From: Octopus sinensis
Taxonomy: Eukaryota
Direction: 5' to 3'
Assembly: GCF_006345805.1 (NCBI RefSeq)
Contig: NC_043019.1
Coordinates: 21,761,360-21,825,359, forward strand
Length of the DNA stretch: 64,000 nucleotides
The notes beneath the pieces are model-generated. The model ran no database searches, was not told where the DNA came from, and saw only the letters and a list, made by a program, of their open reading frames with translations. The translations under genes and the position numbers were made by a program. Shown here in pieces: positions 40,955 through 54,138 of the stretch; within the stretch, counting starts at the first letter, position 1; each line of letters begins with the position of its first letter.

Positions 40955-41220
40955 ACTAACTTGTTTCTACAAATAAATGACTGCTATTGTTATGCTTAGA
41001 GCTCCATGTAGATTATCATCTTCCAGTCTGCTTCCAGTAGAGTGGATAAGCAATTACTATACTCAGTAGTATTATTACTAGTTATGATATAAAGAGCAGA
41101 TGTGGGAGAAATTGCAATGAGTACAAGTTTCTATCATTGGTTCTTTTGCATGGTTTACCATTCTGATTGTTTGGAACTCTGCATTGGATATTCCAACTGC
41201 AATGTGTGTGTGTGTGTATA

Positions 41221-41254
<34 letters not shown>

Positions 41255-41289
41255 ATATATATGTATATTTATACATATATATGTATATA

Positions 41290-41320
<31 letters not shown>

Positions 41321-41777
41321 ATATGTATATATTAAGTAGACACTGAATTGTCAAAACAGCTATATAGGATTACAGTGGATTACCTCTGTTCTTAATATTT
41401 CATGTAACATTTATGTATTCAAACAAATATTTACATCCGTTCAAATATATTTGGGATGTATTTGACATGTAAAACAGTCAGTTTTCAGTGCAGTCTGATA
41501 TGGAAACAATTCTCAAATCACCAACAGCCATATCACGGCATCCTCCACTGGAATGATGAAATGCATTTTAAGCCGGAATATAGATAATGCTGGTGTTCTT
41601 CAAGTCTTTCACTGATTTTGGTCAGACTGGAGCACTCTCTTCCAAAGATTTGGTCTATTGCATCAACTTCAATACTTAATTCAAGCTTATAATCATTTCT
41701 CACTATTTACCAAACTACTAAGTCATATCATTTTTGGGATGTAACTTGATGCACTGATTTACACTAGAGCACACACA

Positions 41778-41811
<34 letters not shown>

Positions 41812-42715
41812 TACATATGAAATTGAATTTCTGTTGGTTTTGATGAGGGTTCAACTGTTCAATCAACTAAAACTATCTCCTCATCAAAGTAGTAAGTGGC
41901 TGAGAATTCCACAGACGTTTAACCTTAATGTTACAGAACCAGTGTAATACTGTGTGGCAAGGATGCACCTTTAAATCACAGACAGTCTATTTAATGACCC
42001 TCCACACTGGTTCTACTCATTTAATTTCACTCACATCTTGGATTGATTCAAGATTACAGAAATGGACACGTTCTCAAGATGCCACCCACTGGGATTGAAA
42101 CCTAAATCTCATGATTGCAAAGTGAACTTCTTAAAATTATGATCATGGTACATCCTTATCATCATCATCATCGTCAATTGTAACATCCACTGGTCAGACA
42201 GAAAACATTGGATAGATACACTTCTTGTCACCAGCCCTCACCTGTTTCCAAGTAAGGGAGTATTTCCTTTTGGCCAGACACGTTTGTCATTGAAGATTGG
42301 AAATGAATGACATTGCTTGTATGATGGTGATGTTTAGAAGCATTACACGATGCAAAGCCACACACACATACGTACACACACAGTTAACATCACTAGAGTT
42401 ATATGCCCACTTTCCATGTTGGAGCATGGGTTAGACAGGTTGCTGCAGTTGGAGTCAGCATATATTTGGGGGTACTGTAGTTTGGAAAACTGTATGTATA
42501 TATTTATGGTACGCTGCACACATGCATGTATGTGTATGTATGTATGCCTGTACATATATCACCACCATTATGTATCTGTGCATTATACAAATATATGAGC
42601 CTATGTTGTCTTGTATAAAACAAGCATATATATCTACAATGTTTTATATACAAGTGTATGCATTTATGATATTATCAACCTATATCTCCTCTGTGTGTGT
42701 GTACACATTATATAT

Positions 42716-42747
<32 letters not shown>

Positions 42748-42749
42748 GT

Positions 42750-42791
<42 letters not shown>

Positions 42792-43588
42792 ATGTGTGTG
42801 TGTGTGTGTATATATATGTATATGTGTGTGTATATATATATATAGGGCACTCTAATGATAATAGGATTTTATTATGTTTGTAAAATGCTTATAGCTGAAT
42901 AATTTTCCAGCTTTCGGTTTAATTTTATTTACTTATTTTTTAATTAACGAGGCAATTTAGGTTAATTATTTGAAATCAATGCAGCAATTAATACAGCTAA
43001 TGGTCTAAAATAACCTAAAGAAATAGCCAATATCTGACATAAATATAACACCAATACAAGTTGGTTTATTATAGAAACATTGAGGTGTTTCTATAATAAG
43101 CCAATTCAATTCAATGGAAATCTACCTCTTGCTAGGCTTAATCTATGCAATCTTTCATGAAATATTGAAGAAAATCTTCACCAATTATTTTAAATTCTAT
43201 TGTATCGTTATGTGCCTATGAATATATTCTACATGGTAGTGGGGTTAAGAAATTTGCTTTACAACCATATGGTTTTGGGTTCAATCCTTACAACATGGCA
43301 TCTCAGGTAATTGTTTTTTGCACTATAGCCTCAAGATAACTAATGTTTTATAGGTGAAACTAGTAGACAGAAACTGTGCTGAATCTCACTCTTCATATAT
43401 ACACAGACAATGTGTGTGTGTGTGTATGCATGTATGAGCTTTTCAAACTACTAATGTACAAAACAGGCCAATAATTGTAGCATATTGGATGTATAAAACT
43501 GGCAAATAGTCATAGACTGTTGCATGTATAAAACTGACCAGTAATTTGTGGGAATAAAATTGACCAATGACTGTAAAATGTTGAGTGT

Positions 43589-44222
43589 TTAACCCTTTAG
43601 CATTTAAACTGGTCATATCCAGCCCAAATATTCTACCTGTTTTATGTTCAAACCAGCCAGATCCAGCCTATCACACCAACCCTTCAATATCATTTTTAAA
43701 ATATAATCACATCATTAAAATTTTGAAGCTACAAGATAGATAATGCATGATTAATTAAAAACAATCGTTATCATCATCGTTTAATGTCCACTTTCCATGC
43801 TAGCATGGGTTGGACGATTTGACTGAGGACTGGCGAACCAGATGGCTGCGCCAGGCTTCAATCTTGATCTGGCAGAGTTTCAACAGCTGGATGCCCTTCC
43901 TAACGCCAACCACTCCGAGAGTGAATGTAAAAACATTACACTCGACAGAATAATCAGAATGCTAATGATAAAAATGATAAAGATCCTTCCTGAGTCATAC
44001 AAACATATATAGCTGATTTCCTGGATTCTGTGAATCATATATTTTCCCCCTGGATGGGATACCAGTCCCTCGCAAGATTACTTATTTTACTAGCTGAGTG
44101 AACTGGAGAAATGTGAAATGAAGTGTTTTGCTCCAGAACACAACACAATCTTATGATCATGAGTTCAACACCCTAACCACTAAGCCATCTTCCTCCACTA
44201 ATCTGAATGCTAAAGGGTTTAA
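43589..44222. mobile_element. piggyBac-type MITE split by two nested SINE insertions
   Basis: Starts TTAA-CCCTTTAGCATT and ends AATGCTAAAGGG-TTTAA. A relative of this MITE lies at about 54265-54492. Confidence 0.6.
43765..43922 (-). mobile_element. Family-C SINE / RTE-tail element with (GAT)n tail (Meta-domain-like)
   Basis: The minus strand reads GGAGTGGTTGGCGTTAGGAAGGGCATCCAGCTGTTGAAAC...CCAACCCATGCTAGCATGGAAAGTGGACATTAAACGATGATGA. It shares its 3' end with the RTE at 14820. Other copies lie near 13345, 31975, 35370, 44400 and 46600. Confidence 0.65.
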
Positions 44223-45710
44223 ATTCGAAATAGAATGTTCTATGAAAGTTTATCTAAACAAATATAAGAAAATGTAAGAAAAATTATATTTTTTATTTAG
44301 AGATTTTGTTAATTCATTTTTCTATATCAATAGAGGCTAAATATGCCTAAGCATGCAGCTGTTAGTGGGTGCTTGCTACTGATAATCATCATCATCATAA
44401 TCAACATTTAACATCCGTTTCCATGCTGCCATGGGTAAGATGGCTTGACAGGAGCTGGTATGGCCAGAGCCACAAGGTTCCATAGTCTATTTTGGCTTGG
44501 TTTCTAGAGTTGGATGTCTTTCCTAATGCCAACCACTCCACAGAGTGTACTGGATACTTTTTCCATGGCACTATCACCAGTGCTTTTTATATAGCACTAG
44601 CACTAGTGCTTTTCACATGGCACCAGTGCCCACAACAATGCTTTTTACATGGCACCTTGGTTTTAGGATCTCAGTTCTGTTGTGGTGGGCAAGTCTCCTC
44701 GAGTGCAGTAATGTGCCACATTTCTCCATCCACCACCACTGCTAGACAATTTTTGTTTGTTACTGATATTCTTCAGTGTCTTTTTAGCACTATACATCTA
44801 TACGAAATGCTTTCTTGAAATAAATAATGCAGTTGTGTAGCCTTCAACAGTATATCCGTTTTGAGTGAGATACACAGAATGCTATTAGAATATCGAAGAG
44901 ATATAAAGAAAAATGTTCGTAATGACCTCTCCCTCTCTCTCTTTCTCCCCTAAAGGTAGGAGGAGCTTTTAATCCTCTCCTACCTTCCTACTTTTTAGGG
45001 AACCTAATATATATGTACTTAGAAAGATACTGATCTTAACCTTAAAGTAGTACTCCAACTATCAAACCTACTAACTGTGGCAGTACAATTTTTTTTTCAG
45101 ATCAGAGCCAAACATCAAAACTTGAAGAAATCAGGGAAAGGAAAAGAAAACAAAAGAAAGAACGAAAGAAAAATTTTAAAGAAAGAACAGTTTCAAAGAT
45201 GGATGATAATTTGATAACAGTTTACCTTCACCATAAGTTTAAAAAAATACAAAAACAAAACAAAAAAAGATTTCTATTTTTAGTCCATCTAAATAAAGAC
45301 TAATAATAGTAATAACAATAATAAGACCAGGAATAAAATTCTTCAATATTTTTAGTTTTTTAAAATGTACGAAACAGTAAATCTAGGTTGCTGAGAAACA
45401 TTAATGACTGGTTAATATCCATTAAGGAAGAAACCAAAATAATATTTGCTGTTTTAAAAGGAAATTTGGACAGTGTTCAAATATTAAAGAATATGTGTTT
45501 TTTATGGCTTTTTTTGGTTTGTCTATTTTATTTATTTCTATTTTTTCTTTGGTAGTTTTTTTTCTTTACCTTCTTAATCATATCTAGTGATGTAGTATTT
45601 GCTGTTGATGTGTAAGGGAGCTGATTTAATCTATTATTTTAGTTTTATCTGTTTTGACTCTGTTTTCTCTCTCTGTATTTGTGTGTGTGTTTATGTATGT
45701 ATATATATAT

Positions 45711-45795
<85 letters not shown>

Positions 45796-46599
45796 TATAT
45801 CTTCTACATTTTACTTGTTTCCATCATTAGATTGTGGCCATGCTGGGGCACTACCCTGAAGAACATTCAGTTGAATAAATTGACCCCAGCACATTTTTTT
45901 TTTTTTTAAACCCTGGTACTTATTCTATCAGTCTTGTTTGCTGAACTGCTAAGTTACAGGGACATAAACACACCAACTCCAATTGTTAAGCAGTCAAGGT
46001 GTGCAAACACAAAGGCACAAACACATAGATACTGACTGAGCAATCAACCAATAGTAGATAGCCAGACAGACAGACAGGTAGATAGATATAAATACATTTA
46101 TTTTACATTTGTTTTTTTTTTCCATATTTGCATGGGTTGAACAAATACATGTTGAGGCATTGTTTCACAAGCTGGATGTCCTTCCCATCTCTAACACTAA
46201 GTAAGGGGATCACACTTGGCTTCATCACTGCAGGGCTAGAGGATGATTTTATTGGTAGTGAATGTTAACAAACAACAAAGCTGTTAGCTCACTACTTTTA
46301 TGTGAAGCATAGAATATCAGAATTTATCCAAAGACATTAGTTGGTCTTATACTAAATTAGCATACATTTACCCATATTTTATATGCCATATTTACTGGCA
46401 TATAAGCTGAGTTTTTTGGATTAGAATTTACAGTCAAAAGAGGAAGGTTGACTTATATACACCAAGACAGCTTTAGAGGAGCAAAAATTCCAAGTGAAAT
46501 GCAGCAAGATTAGAAAAGATAGTAACGATGTTTGAATGTTTACACTATATACTACATCAATTTGTGTGCTGGAAAATATGGTGACCTTGTCGGTGTTGG

Positions 46600-46780
46600 T
46601 GCCACATAAAAAAGCACCCAGCTCACTCTGTAAAGTGGTTGGCATTAGGAAGGACATCCAGCTGTAAAAACATGCCAAAACTATGGAACTTGGTACAGTC
46701 CTCTGATTTGTCAGCTCCTGTCAAACTGTCTAACCCATGCCAGTATAGAAAACAGACACTAAATGATGATGATGATGATA
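46600..46780 (+). mobile_element. Family-C SINE copy
   Basis: Reads GTGGTTGGCATTAGGAAGGACATCCAGCTGTAAAAAC...CCCATGCCAGTATAG...AAATGATGATGATG. Confidence 0.65.
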
Positions 46781-47151
46781 TACATGTGTGTGTACACACA
46801 CACATTCCCCTGGTCTTTTTGACAACAAACCACACAACAGCCAGACATGATTTTAATGTAGACATAAACATTAACACTGCCTAAATGGTAACATGGTAAC
46901 ATTGTTTTATGCTTTAAGCATGCAAAACAATGTCAAAACACAGATAGGAAGACAGACCTACAAATACTTGCAGGATCTAATACAGCTTCTGTCTATCAAT
47001 TTCACTCACAAAATGTTAGTTACCCAGAGGCTCTAGAAGAAGACACTTGGCCAAGGTGCTACAGAGCAAGTACAAATTCAAAACCATAAGGTTACAAAGC
47101 CAAGTTCTTTACCATACAGTTATGTCTGTACCAATTCCAGAATATTCCATT

Positions 47152-47366
47152 TTAACCCTTTCGTTACTGTATTTATTTTGAGATGCTCTGTGTTTCTTTC
47201 AATTACTTTAAATATAACAAAAAATTTAGTAAAATGACTTAGTTATCTTTAAGCCAGTGTTAGGAACATAAATTGTGACTAAGGTTTGGTGGAAGATTTT
47301 TGAAAACAAGACATTTGTACTCAGAGCCAGAGCCGGTTTCAGCCGGGTTGGTAATGAAAGGGTTAA
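47152..47366. mobile_element. piggyBac-type MITE, same family, opposite orientation
   Basis: TTAA-CCCTTTCGTTAC...GTAATGAAAGGG-TTAA. Confidence 0.8.
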
Positions 47367-48824
47367 ACTATTTCTGTATAAACATCTTCAAACTGGCTTT
47401 ATTATGTTAATCCTATTTCTTCATCTTAAAAGGCTTTAACCAAAAAAAAAAACAATTCTTTATGCACATCTTTCCCCCAATTGATAAAGAAATGGAAAAG
47501 AAAATTGCTTACATAATGTGAAAGGGAGAGAGAAATAGCTAATATACGACATAAACATTGAGGACAGTTTGGATGTAATCTCACTCAACAATAACAACAC
47601 CTACTGCGACCGCCACCACCCTCACCATCACCATAAAGAATTATTTGTATTATGTCATTATCCAAACTCAGAGCTGCAAAATATGGGAGGTCACAGTTAA
47701 AAAATTTGCAAAGATCAAATGTTTTTCATTAGAGAGGTTTGCTCGGAAAAAGTCCATGCCAGTTACTGTGACCACCTCATTACTGGAAAAACTTTTTCCA
47801 GCAAATCTAATCAACATCCAAGACAGAACAAAGAATCTGGTTATGTTTTTGTGTACCTGTGCCTGTCAAATTGCTATTTTTAATAATATAAGAAACTCAT
47901 ATAAAATTTTATGTTGATGCCACAACCCTAATATGAGTTTCTGCAAATAGGGTTGCTCTGATGCTTGGTCTTGTCTTTTGCTTCTCTTTTTCTTTTTTCT
48001 TAACCCATTTACTTTCTTTTATGTCTTTATTGCTTTTAGTTATTGAACTGCAGCCATGCTGGGGGGACTACTTTTAAGAGTTTTAGTTAATCATATTGAC
48101 CAATACTTGCTCTACCATCACCTTTGCTCTACTTTCCGTCATCATTCCCACCTGGTACATGTTATTGATATCCATCATTAACTTTCACTATTTTCTGGGC
48201 TCTTGGACTCATAACACCAGTTACATGGCTTACATGGTATATAGGTGACTGAGATCACATCATTCCCCCACTCCTGAATGAGATGCTGATACACTGCAGA
48301 GTTCAATGCCAGAAGTTTTGATAGGAGGGAGCAAGTCACTTACATCAACCCCAATACTTGACTGGTACTTTATTCTATTGATTCCAAAGGGATAAATGGC
48401 AAGCTGACATCGGTCTTAAGAACTCAGTACATAAATATCTAGAGGAAATGCAGCTTGGCATTTTTGTCTGACATGCTAATGATTCTGCCAGTTTACCACC
48501 TACTCTTACCATTATTCACCTTTATTACTATCCAGCCCTCTCTCCCATGCCCAACCAGTCTGTTTCTATTATCATGCTCTTGTTCCTTTCAACCATCAGT
48601 CCTAGTTCTTTTTTCATTGCTCTCTCTTCTGTTCACCTTCTCAAACACATTGCCTTAAGATAATATGAACATGTCATAGAAAATAGAGAACTCCTAACTC
48701 TTACAGGGTACAAGGCAACTTCACTAGTGCTGGTGCCATTAATAAAATGCACTTGGTACATTCTGTTAAGTGGTTGATGATAGTAAGGGCATCTGGCCAT
48801 AGAAAACAAGTCAAATATGAAAAG

Positions 48825-49245
48825 TATTGGGTTGTCAGAAAATTCATTCACTCCCCACCCAATTATTTTAGTCATTTTTCATCAACAATTTTAATAAATC
48901 AGCCAATAATATATTCTCCCTTATTGTTCATGATTCCTTGCTAGTGTTCTGCTAGCTTGTCAATGCCTTGATGATAGAAATCACTGGGTCTTGACTCAAA
49001 GAATTCATTGAGTCACATTTACAGTTTCATGTTGCAGTTGAACAAAATACCTCGCAGACTGTTGGAGTGTGAGCGTAAAATATGATCATTTGAAAGTGCT
49101 ATATCGGGAGAATTTGGCAAGTGCAGTAGAACTTCATAACAAAGTTCTCAAATAGCATTTTCGGTCAATTTAGCAGAAGTGGGCATTGTTGTGTTGAAGT
49201 ACACCATGTTGCTGGTTGGGTTGTTTTAGCTGGATTGCCTTGATA
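48825..49245 (-). mobile_element. Mariner 3' fragment with one TIR
   Basis: Minus-strand translation gives LHLPNSPDIALSNDHILRSHSNSLRG...NEFFESRPSDFYHQGIDKLAEH*QGIMNNKGEYII, a decayed HPPYSPDLAPSD motif and C-terminus. It ends in TIR TTTTCTGACAACCCAATA. Confidence 0.8.
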
Positions 49246-50323
49246 AGCAATAAAACATTATGATGAAAGTAAAATATTCACTTCCTAAAAGTGGATGCTG
49301 TGTTAGAACACACAAACACTGCAATATTTACCAAGAGAAAAAAAAACTTCCATATGGTTTTAAGGAGCATAAAAGCACATCATACCTATTGCCAACAGCA
49401 GACAATCACCACTACTGCTGCTGCCAGAACTACCAGATCACATAATTTTAGCCTCTTTTGATGGTGAATATTTTACCTTTTGCTATTAATACTGTTTATG
49501 TCATTCTATTTACTATGATATAAGTACTTTTGTTGTTAATTCAAATAATATTGGAAAGAAATAAAAGAACATATCTGGGAACCCAATAAATGAGACATGG
49601 TTCTCCAACCAATTTATGAGGGTAATAACTCTAATAAAAGAACTGACATGGATTGTGACAATTTATTCAACACATGCCAGCACAGAAAGCCGATGTCAAA
49701 TGGCAATCACAATGCCTATCCAGTTATTAGCTACTCTGATGATTAAATATAGTCAGTTCTACTAAATGGTAAGTAGAAGTTAAAGGCCAAACTAAAAGCC
49801 AAAATTAACAACACAATCATTGTATCTCTCCTGCAAAAACACAACCGACACAAAAAAATAGAATATTTGATAAAATCATATGAAATAATTTCAGTTCACA
49901 TACAAGTACTCACAAACTGAGTCTGTTTCACGTTCATATTGTTTTTCCTTTTTAAACAAAAGACTTTTTTTACTGATTTCAATCACATCTAATGGTACTA
50001 TTTCATCAATGCTTACCAGACTGCTAAGTTATGCTTTGACATAAAGAGACACATTAATGGTTTTAGACTAGTAAACATAAACATATGTGTATAAATATAT
50101 GTATATTTTTAGAACAATGGCCAGAAAAGAATACAGTTTGTAACACAGTTCTACTTTACTCATAACATACACCTTTGAAAATCAACAAATGTGAAAAATG
50201 ATTAAGTGTGTTTGTGTGTATATTATACATATATATTTCGCTTTGGCATTGCAAGACTAATAACCTGGTGTAGAACTCAATATACGTATGTTTCAGAATG
50301 AAGCAATGGTCAAGTATAGAGTA

Positions 50324-50667
50324 AAAGGTAAAGACCCCCTTCGGTCATGAATGACCATGGGATTGCACCTAGAAAGTTACCCTCCTAGACACAAGTCCGG
50401 GCAAGGTTGTTTATGGAAGACCAGCAGTCGCCCATGCATACCAGCCTCCCCTCTCCACGCCACTAGTGTTATCCAAGGGAAAGACAAAGGTCGATACAGC
50501 TTGGCACCAGTGACGTCGCAACTCATTTCTACAGCTGAGTGAACTGGAGCAACGTGAAATAAAGTGCCTTGCTCAAGAACACAACACGCAGCCCGGTCCG
50601 GGATTTGAGCTCACAACCTCACGATCGTAAGCTCGACGCTCTAACCACTGAGCCATGCGCCTTCACA
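50324..50667 (-). mobile_element. Young full-length tRNA-derived SINE with CORE-like centre and perfect 15-bp TSD
   Basis: TSD GTCAAGTATAGAGTA at 50309-50323 and 50668-50682. The minus strand shows A box TGGCTCAGTGG, B-box-like GAGCTCAAATCC, CORE-like CTTGAGCAAGGCACTT...CAGCTGTAGAAATGAG and a CTTTACCTTT tail. CpGs are intact. Confidence 0.9.
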
Positions 50668-50691
50668 GTCAAGTATAGAGTAGTAATAAGA

Positions 50692-50886
50692 AAATGAGAT
50701 GACAAAGGAATAAATGATTATCTTATGAACTTCATTAGCTTGCAGCTGTTTCTGCTACAAGATGTCGTGGACTCATCATTGGGTTACTCAGGCACTCAAC
50801 TATGAGTTCACTGCATCTTATGGCAGAAACAGCTGTAAGCTAATGAAGTTGATAAGATAATTGTTTATTCCTTTGTTATCACATTT
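50692..50886. repeat. Long imperfect palindrome (fold-back element)
   Basis: Arms 50698-50764 and 50814-50880 match at 60 of 67 positions, with a further inner stem GTGGACTCAT/ATGAGTTCAC. Confidence 0.9.
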
Positions 50887-51624
50887 CCTTTTATATACAC
50901 ACACATACACCCCCACACACACACATATTCTGCACATTTTCAACTTCATCTATTTCTTCTACTTGTTATGATCAGTAACAAATCGTAGTAGGAAACTTTT
51001 GTTCAAAAAAGCATGCAGTAAAATCAAACCTGGAACTGAACGGTTGCAAAGTTAAACTTCTCAACCACACAGTTAAAATACCTAAAAAGTTATTTTCTTA
51101 AATTAAGCGGAAGTAACATACATTTCAAAAGTTTTTTAGTCATCAAATTGATCAGCACTCTGGAAAAGAAAAAAAAGAGAGAGAAAAAAAACGGTTTTAG
51201 TAAAATTTCTTCACATGATTAAATTAGAATATCATTTAAATATATTAGATTTAATGAAAAGATCTGATACATATATTGTAAAATTTTAAACTCAAGCTTA
51301 GTATGATAACCAGAATACCAATATATAAACTTTGTTGTGCAGAGAATGATCATGGCCATTTTGGGGGTCTTCAGAGCCAGCTAAAAAATCCTGATGCTGC
51401 CATACTCTCCTGGGCCTATGGCATTCATCAACACCAGATATGTTGCTTTAATTTGTCTCTGTATCATGCCAGCATAGCAAAGAGGGTCTCTGAGGTACCA
51501 TGTAAGACTTACTAGACTGAAAAGGCAGTTCATCATTTCCACATAACCTACGGTGGTGTTGCTGTTTCCAAAGTTTATTTTCGTTTCTCTATTTTACCAA
51601 TTTTACTCACGTATCTATCTTAAA

Positions 51625-51880
51625 ATGAGCTGCTTGGCGGAGGTCTGCAGAGGATGACATGACAAGCCTTGACTATTGGGATTGACTCAAAAAGCTCAGG
51701 CTTTGCTCCCTCCACCACTGCTGCGAACTCTATATCATCTGTATGATGTGGAAAATATTCCATCAACATTGGCCATCCTAAAAATTCATCTGAGGCTTGG
51801 CCCCCATGCCATCCATCCACTACAGAAATGTTCGTGTTGTATCATAACACTATGACAGAACTATTTCCCCTCAATTAGCC
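51625..51880 (+). mobile_element. CR1/L2-group LINE fragment
   Basis: Translates to MTSLDYWD*LKKLRLCSLHHCCELYIICMMWKIF, a decayed LDYWERLKKLxLYSLxRRRERYxIIxxWKI motif. Confidence 0.6.
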
Positions 51881-52829
51881 CTGCTCTCTTCAACATCATG
51901 CCAGACACACATAAAGGAGGAAATTGACTTCACGGCATTCAAACAATCCCTAGATATTTTATTAGTTTTATTTTTATACATTTTTTTATACTTTGCCAGT
52001 TTGTTGTAAACATATCTTGATGTGTGTGTGCACGTGTGTATTCTAGGTTTTTGAAAAATGTTGATGTTGAAAGATGACACAATTTTTCATTATCCCTAAA
52101 GTGGCACAAGAGTTAATTCTGTTCATTCGGCTGTGTATACCTAGTTCAACTGCCCATGGATCCCAGCAGCTTGCTGCATGAACAGCAAAGTGTGAGACCA
52201 GTTATCCTAGAATCTCCAGGCCTTAACAGTCAACTGTGGGAGACTGGGTCTGAGGTGGTTTAATGAATGCAATTTGATAGGATTGTGATGACTGTGATGA
52301 GGAAGTGTGTGGCATGACAGAGGGAGAGAAAGAAGTAGGGGAGAGATGAGATGTACGTTTAGAAGTTCAACTGACCTTGGTTGCTATATTAATCCTGAAG
52401 GTATTGCTCTGAGGCTAAGGAGTTCACTTTCCAACTACAAGGATCTGGGTTCAGTCCTACTGAGTGGCATCTTGGACAAGTGCCTTCTATAGCTTTAGTC
52501 TGACTAAAGCCTTGTCAGTGGATTTAGTAGATGGGTACTGGAAGAAACCCATCAATTGTTTGTGTGTGTGCGTAAGTGTCCCTGTCCCTCTGCCCCTTGT
52601 CTTGACATCACAGGATAGTCTTTAAGTGAAGATTGCCATCAAGCAGCCCAAGTCGTTTGTTTCCAGTCTTCCATGAAAAGATGCCGAACCATAGAGAAAC
52701 ATGAAGTTTGGCAACAGGAAGGTCATCCAGTCATAGAAATGTGCCTCAAAGAATTCCATCTGACTCATGCAAGCATGGAAAAGTAGACATCAAAACAATG
52801 GCTATGATGATGGTAATCATCATCATCAT

Positions 52830-53046
52830 TTAACCCTTTTGATACCAACCCACCTAAAAAGGCCCCAGATTCTACAATATAAACTTGCTGTTTTAAAATG
52901 ATCTAAATTATAATCTTCCATTGAAATTTCATGCTAATTTGTTCCAGACTACAGCTTAATAATGAGAAAGTTATTTCATTAAATTCATTATTTTAAAAAT
53001 TAATTTAAACAAAGGCAGCATGTATTAACAGTAACAAGAGGGTTAA
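52830..53046. mobile_element. piggyBac-type MITE, related subfamily
   Basis: TTAA-CCCTTTTGATAC...GTAACAAGAGGG-TTAA. Confidence 0.7.
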
Positions 53047-53093
53047 ACCACCCAGTATGATTTCATCAAAATTAATATCAACATACAAGTATA

Positions 53094-53502
53094 ACTCTTT
53101 TACTCTTTTACTTGTTTCAGTCATTTGACTGCGGCCATGCTGGAGCACCGCCTTTAATCGAGCAACTCGACCCCGGGACTTATTCTTTTGTAAGCCCAGT
53201 ACTTATTTTATCGGTCTCTTTTGCCGAACTGCTAAGTAACGGGGACATAAACACACCAGCATCGGTTGTCAAGCAATGCTAGGGGGACAAATACAGACAC
53301 ACAAACACACACACGCATATATATATATACATATATACGACGGGCTTCTTTCAGTTTCCGTCTACCAAATCCACTCACAAGGCTTTGGTCGGCCCGAGGC
53401 TATAGTAGAAGACACTTGCCCAAGGTGCCACGCAGTGGGACTGAACCTGGAACCATGTGGTTGGTAAACAAGCTACTTACCACACAGCCACTCCTGCGCC
53501 TA
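53094..53502 (-). mobile_element. Family-A SINE, young full copy
   Basis: Near-identical to 18841-19265, with an (AAAGAGT)n tail. Confidence 0.85.
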
Positions 53503-53786
53503 TGTTTAAAATATATCACAAGGTGCTTCTAAGTTATCTTTACAACTTTCACAGTTTATTGTATCTATCAAAGTTGAGATCCATCAACTTCTTTACAACC
53601 AATGAATCTTGCATGGAAGTGTTCTGATGTTTCTAATAAAACTTTGCCTGCCTATGTTTTCCAATAAACTCTGCTGAATTATCCTAATTTTTCATTTTTT
53701 TCCTGAATTTTTACAAATTGTAAAGGTAATTTATGGACACCCTGTATTACAAGACATTATACATTAAACATTATAAATTTACTCAC

Positions 53787-54138
53787 CACCATCTCGTTAG
53801 AACTTTTGCGATGTTGTGAAGGAAGAACTGTAGTGTTGTTCTCATTAGATAATTTCAAAGTTTCCTGTCTGCTTTGTGTGAGAGTCTGATCCAAAACGTC
53901 TGGTGAATCACGTTGTGGTGGTGTTTGTCTTTTGTCGACTGGTGATGCAGGAGCAGCCTGGGCAGTGCTGACTGTGTTGTTCGAAGCAGCACTGCTCTCT
54001 AATGGAGGGCTCCGTGCAACCACCAGTTCAACCGGGCCACGTGCGCTCTTCAAAAGCTGTATGGCAGCTTTGTGTGAGAAGTCTAATGGCTGACCATCAA
54101 TGGCCAAAATCTGATCTCCTTTTTGTAGCCTTCCATCT
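53787..54138 (-). CDS. MPDZ: Internal coding exon of a multiple-PDZ-domain protein (MPDZ/PATJ family): C-terminal half of PDZ1 plus Ser/Pro/Thr-rich linker
   Basis: The minus strand reads (R)DGRLQKGDQILAIDGQPLDFSHKAAIQLLKSARGPVELVVAR...SNEMV, which matches the PDZ signature and MPDZ/PATJ PDZ1 as recalled (DGRLKETDQILAINGQ...ISILQKA...VQLVIAR). The acceptor is a polypyrimidine tract, tttttctctttttcAG (AG at 54140-54139). The donor is GTGAGT at 53786-53781. Length is 352 nt = 1 + 117 codons. MPDZ versus PATJ cannot be resolved from one exon. Confidence 0.85.

Noticed and set aside
41470-41700. Stop-free minus-strand stretch of about 57 codons as a possible exon
   Set aside because: Weak acceptor, no donor before the stop, no PDZ similarity. 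Another frame gives WKRVLQSD, suggesting a Tc1 relic, too decayed to call.
50590-50667. tRNA-like sequence with A and B boxes (also the heads of family-A and family-B repeats)
   Set aside because: These are SINE heads: no complete cloverleaf, and they continue into SINE body and tail between TSDs.
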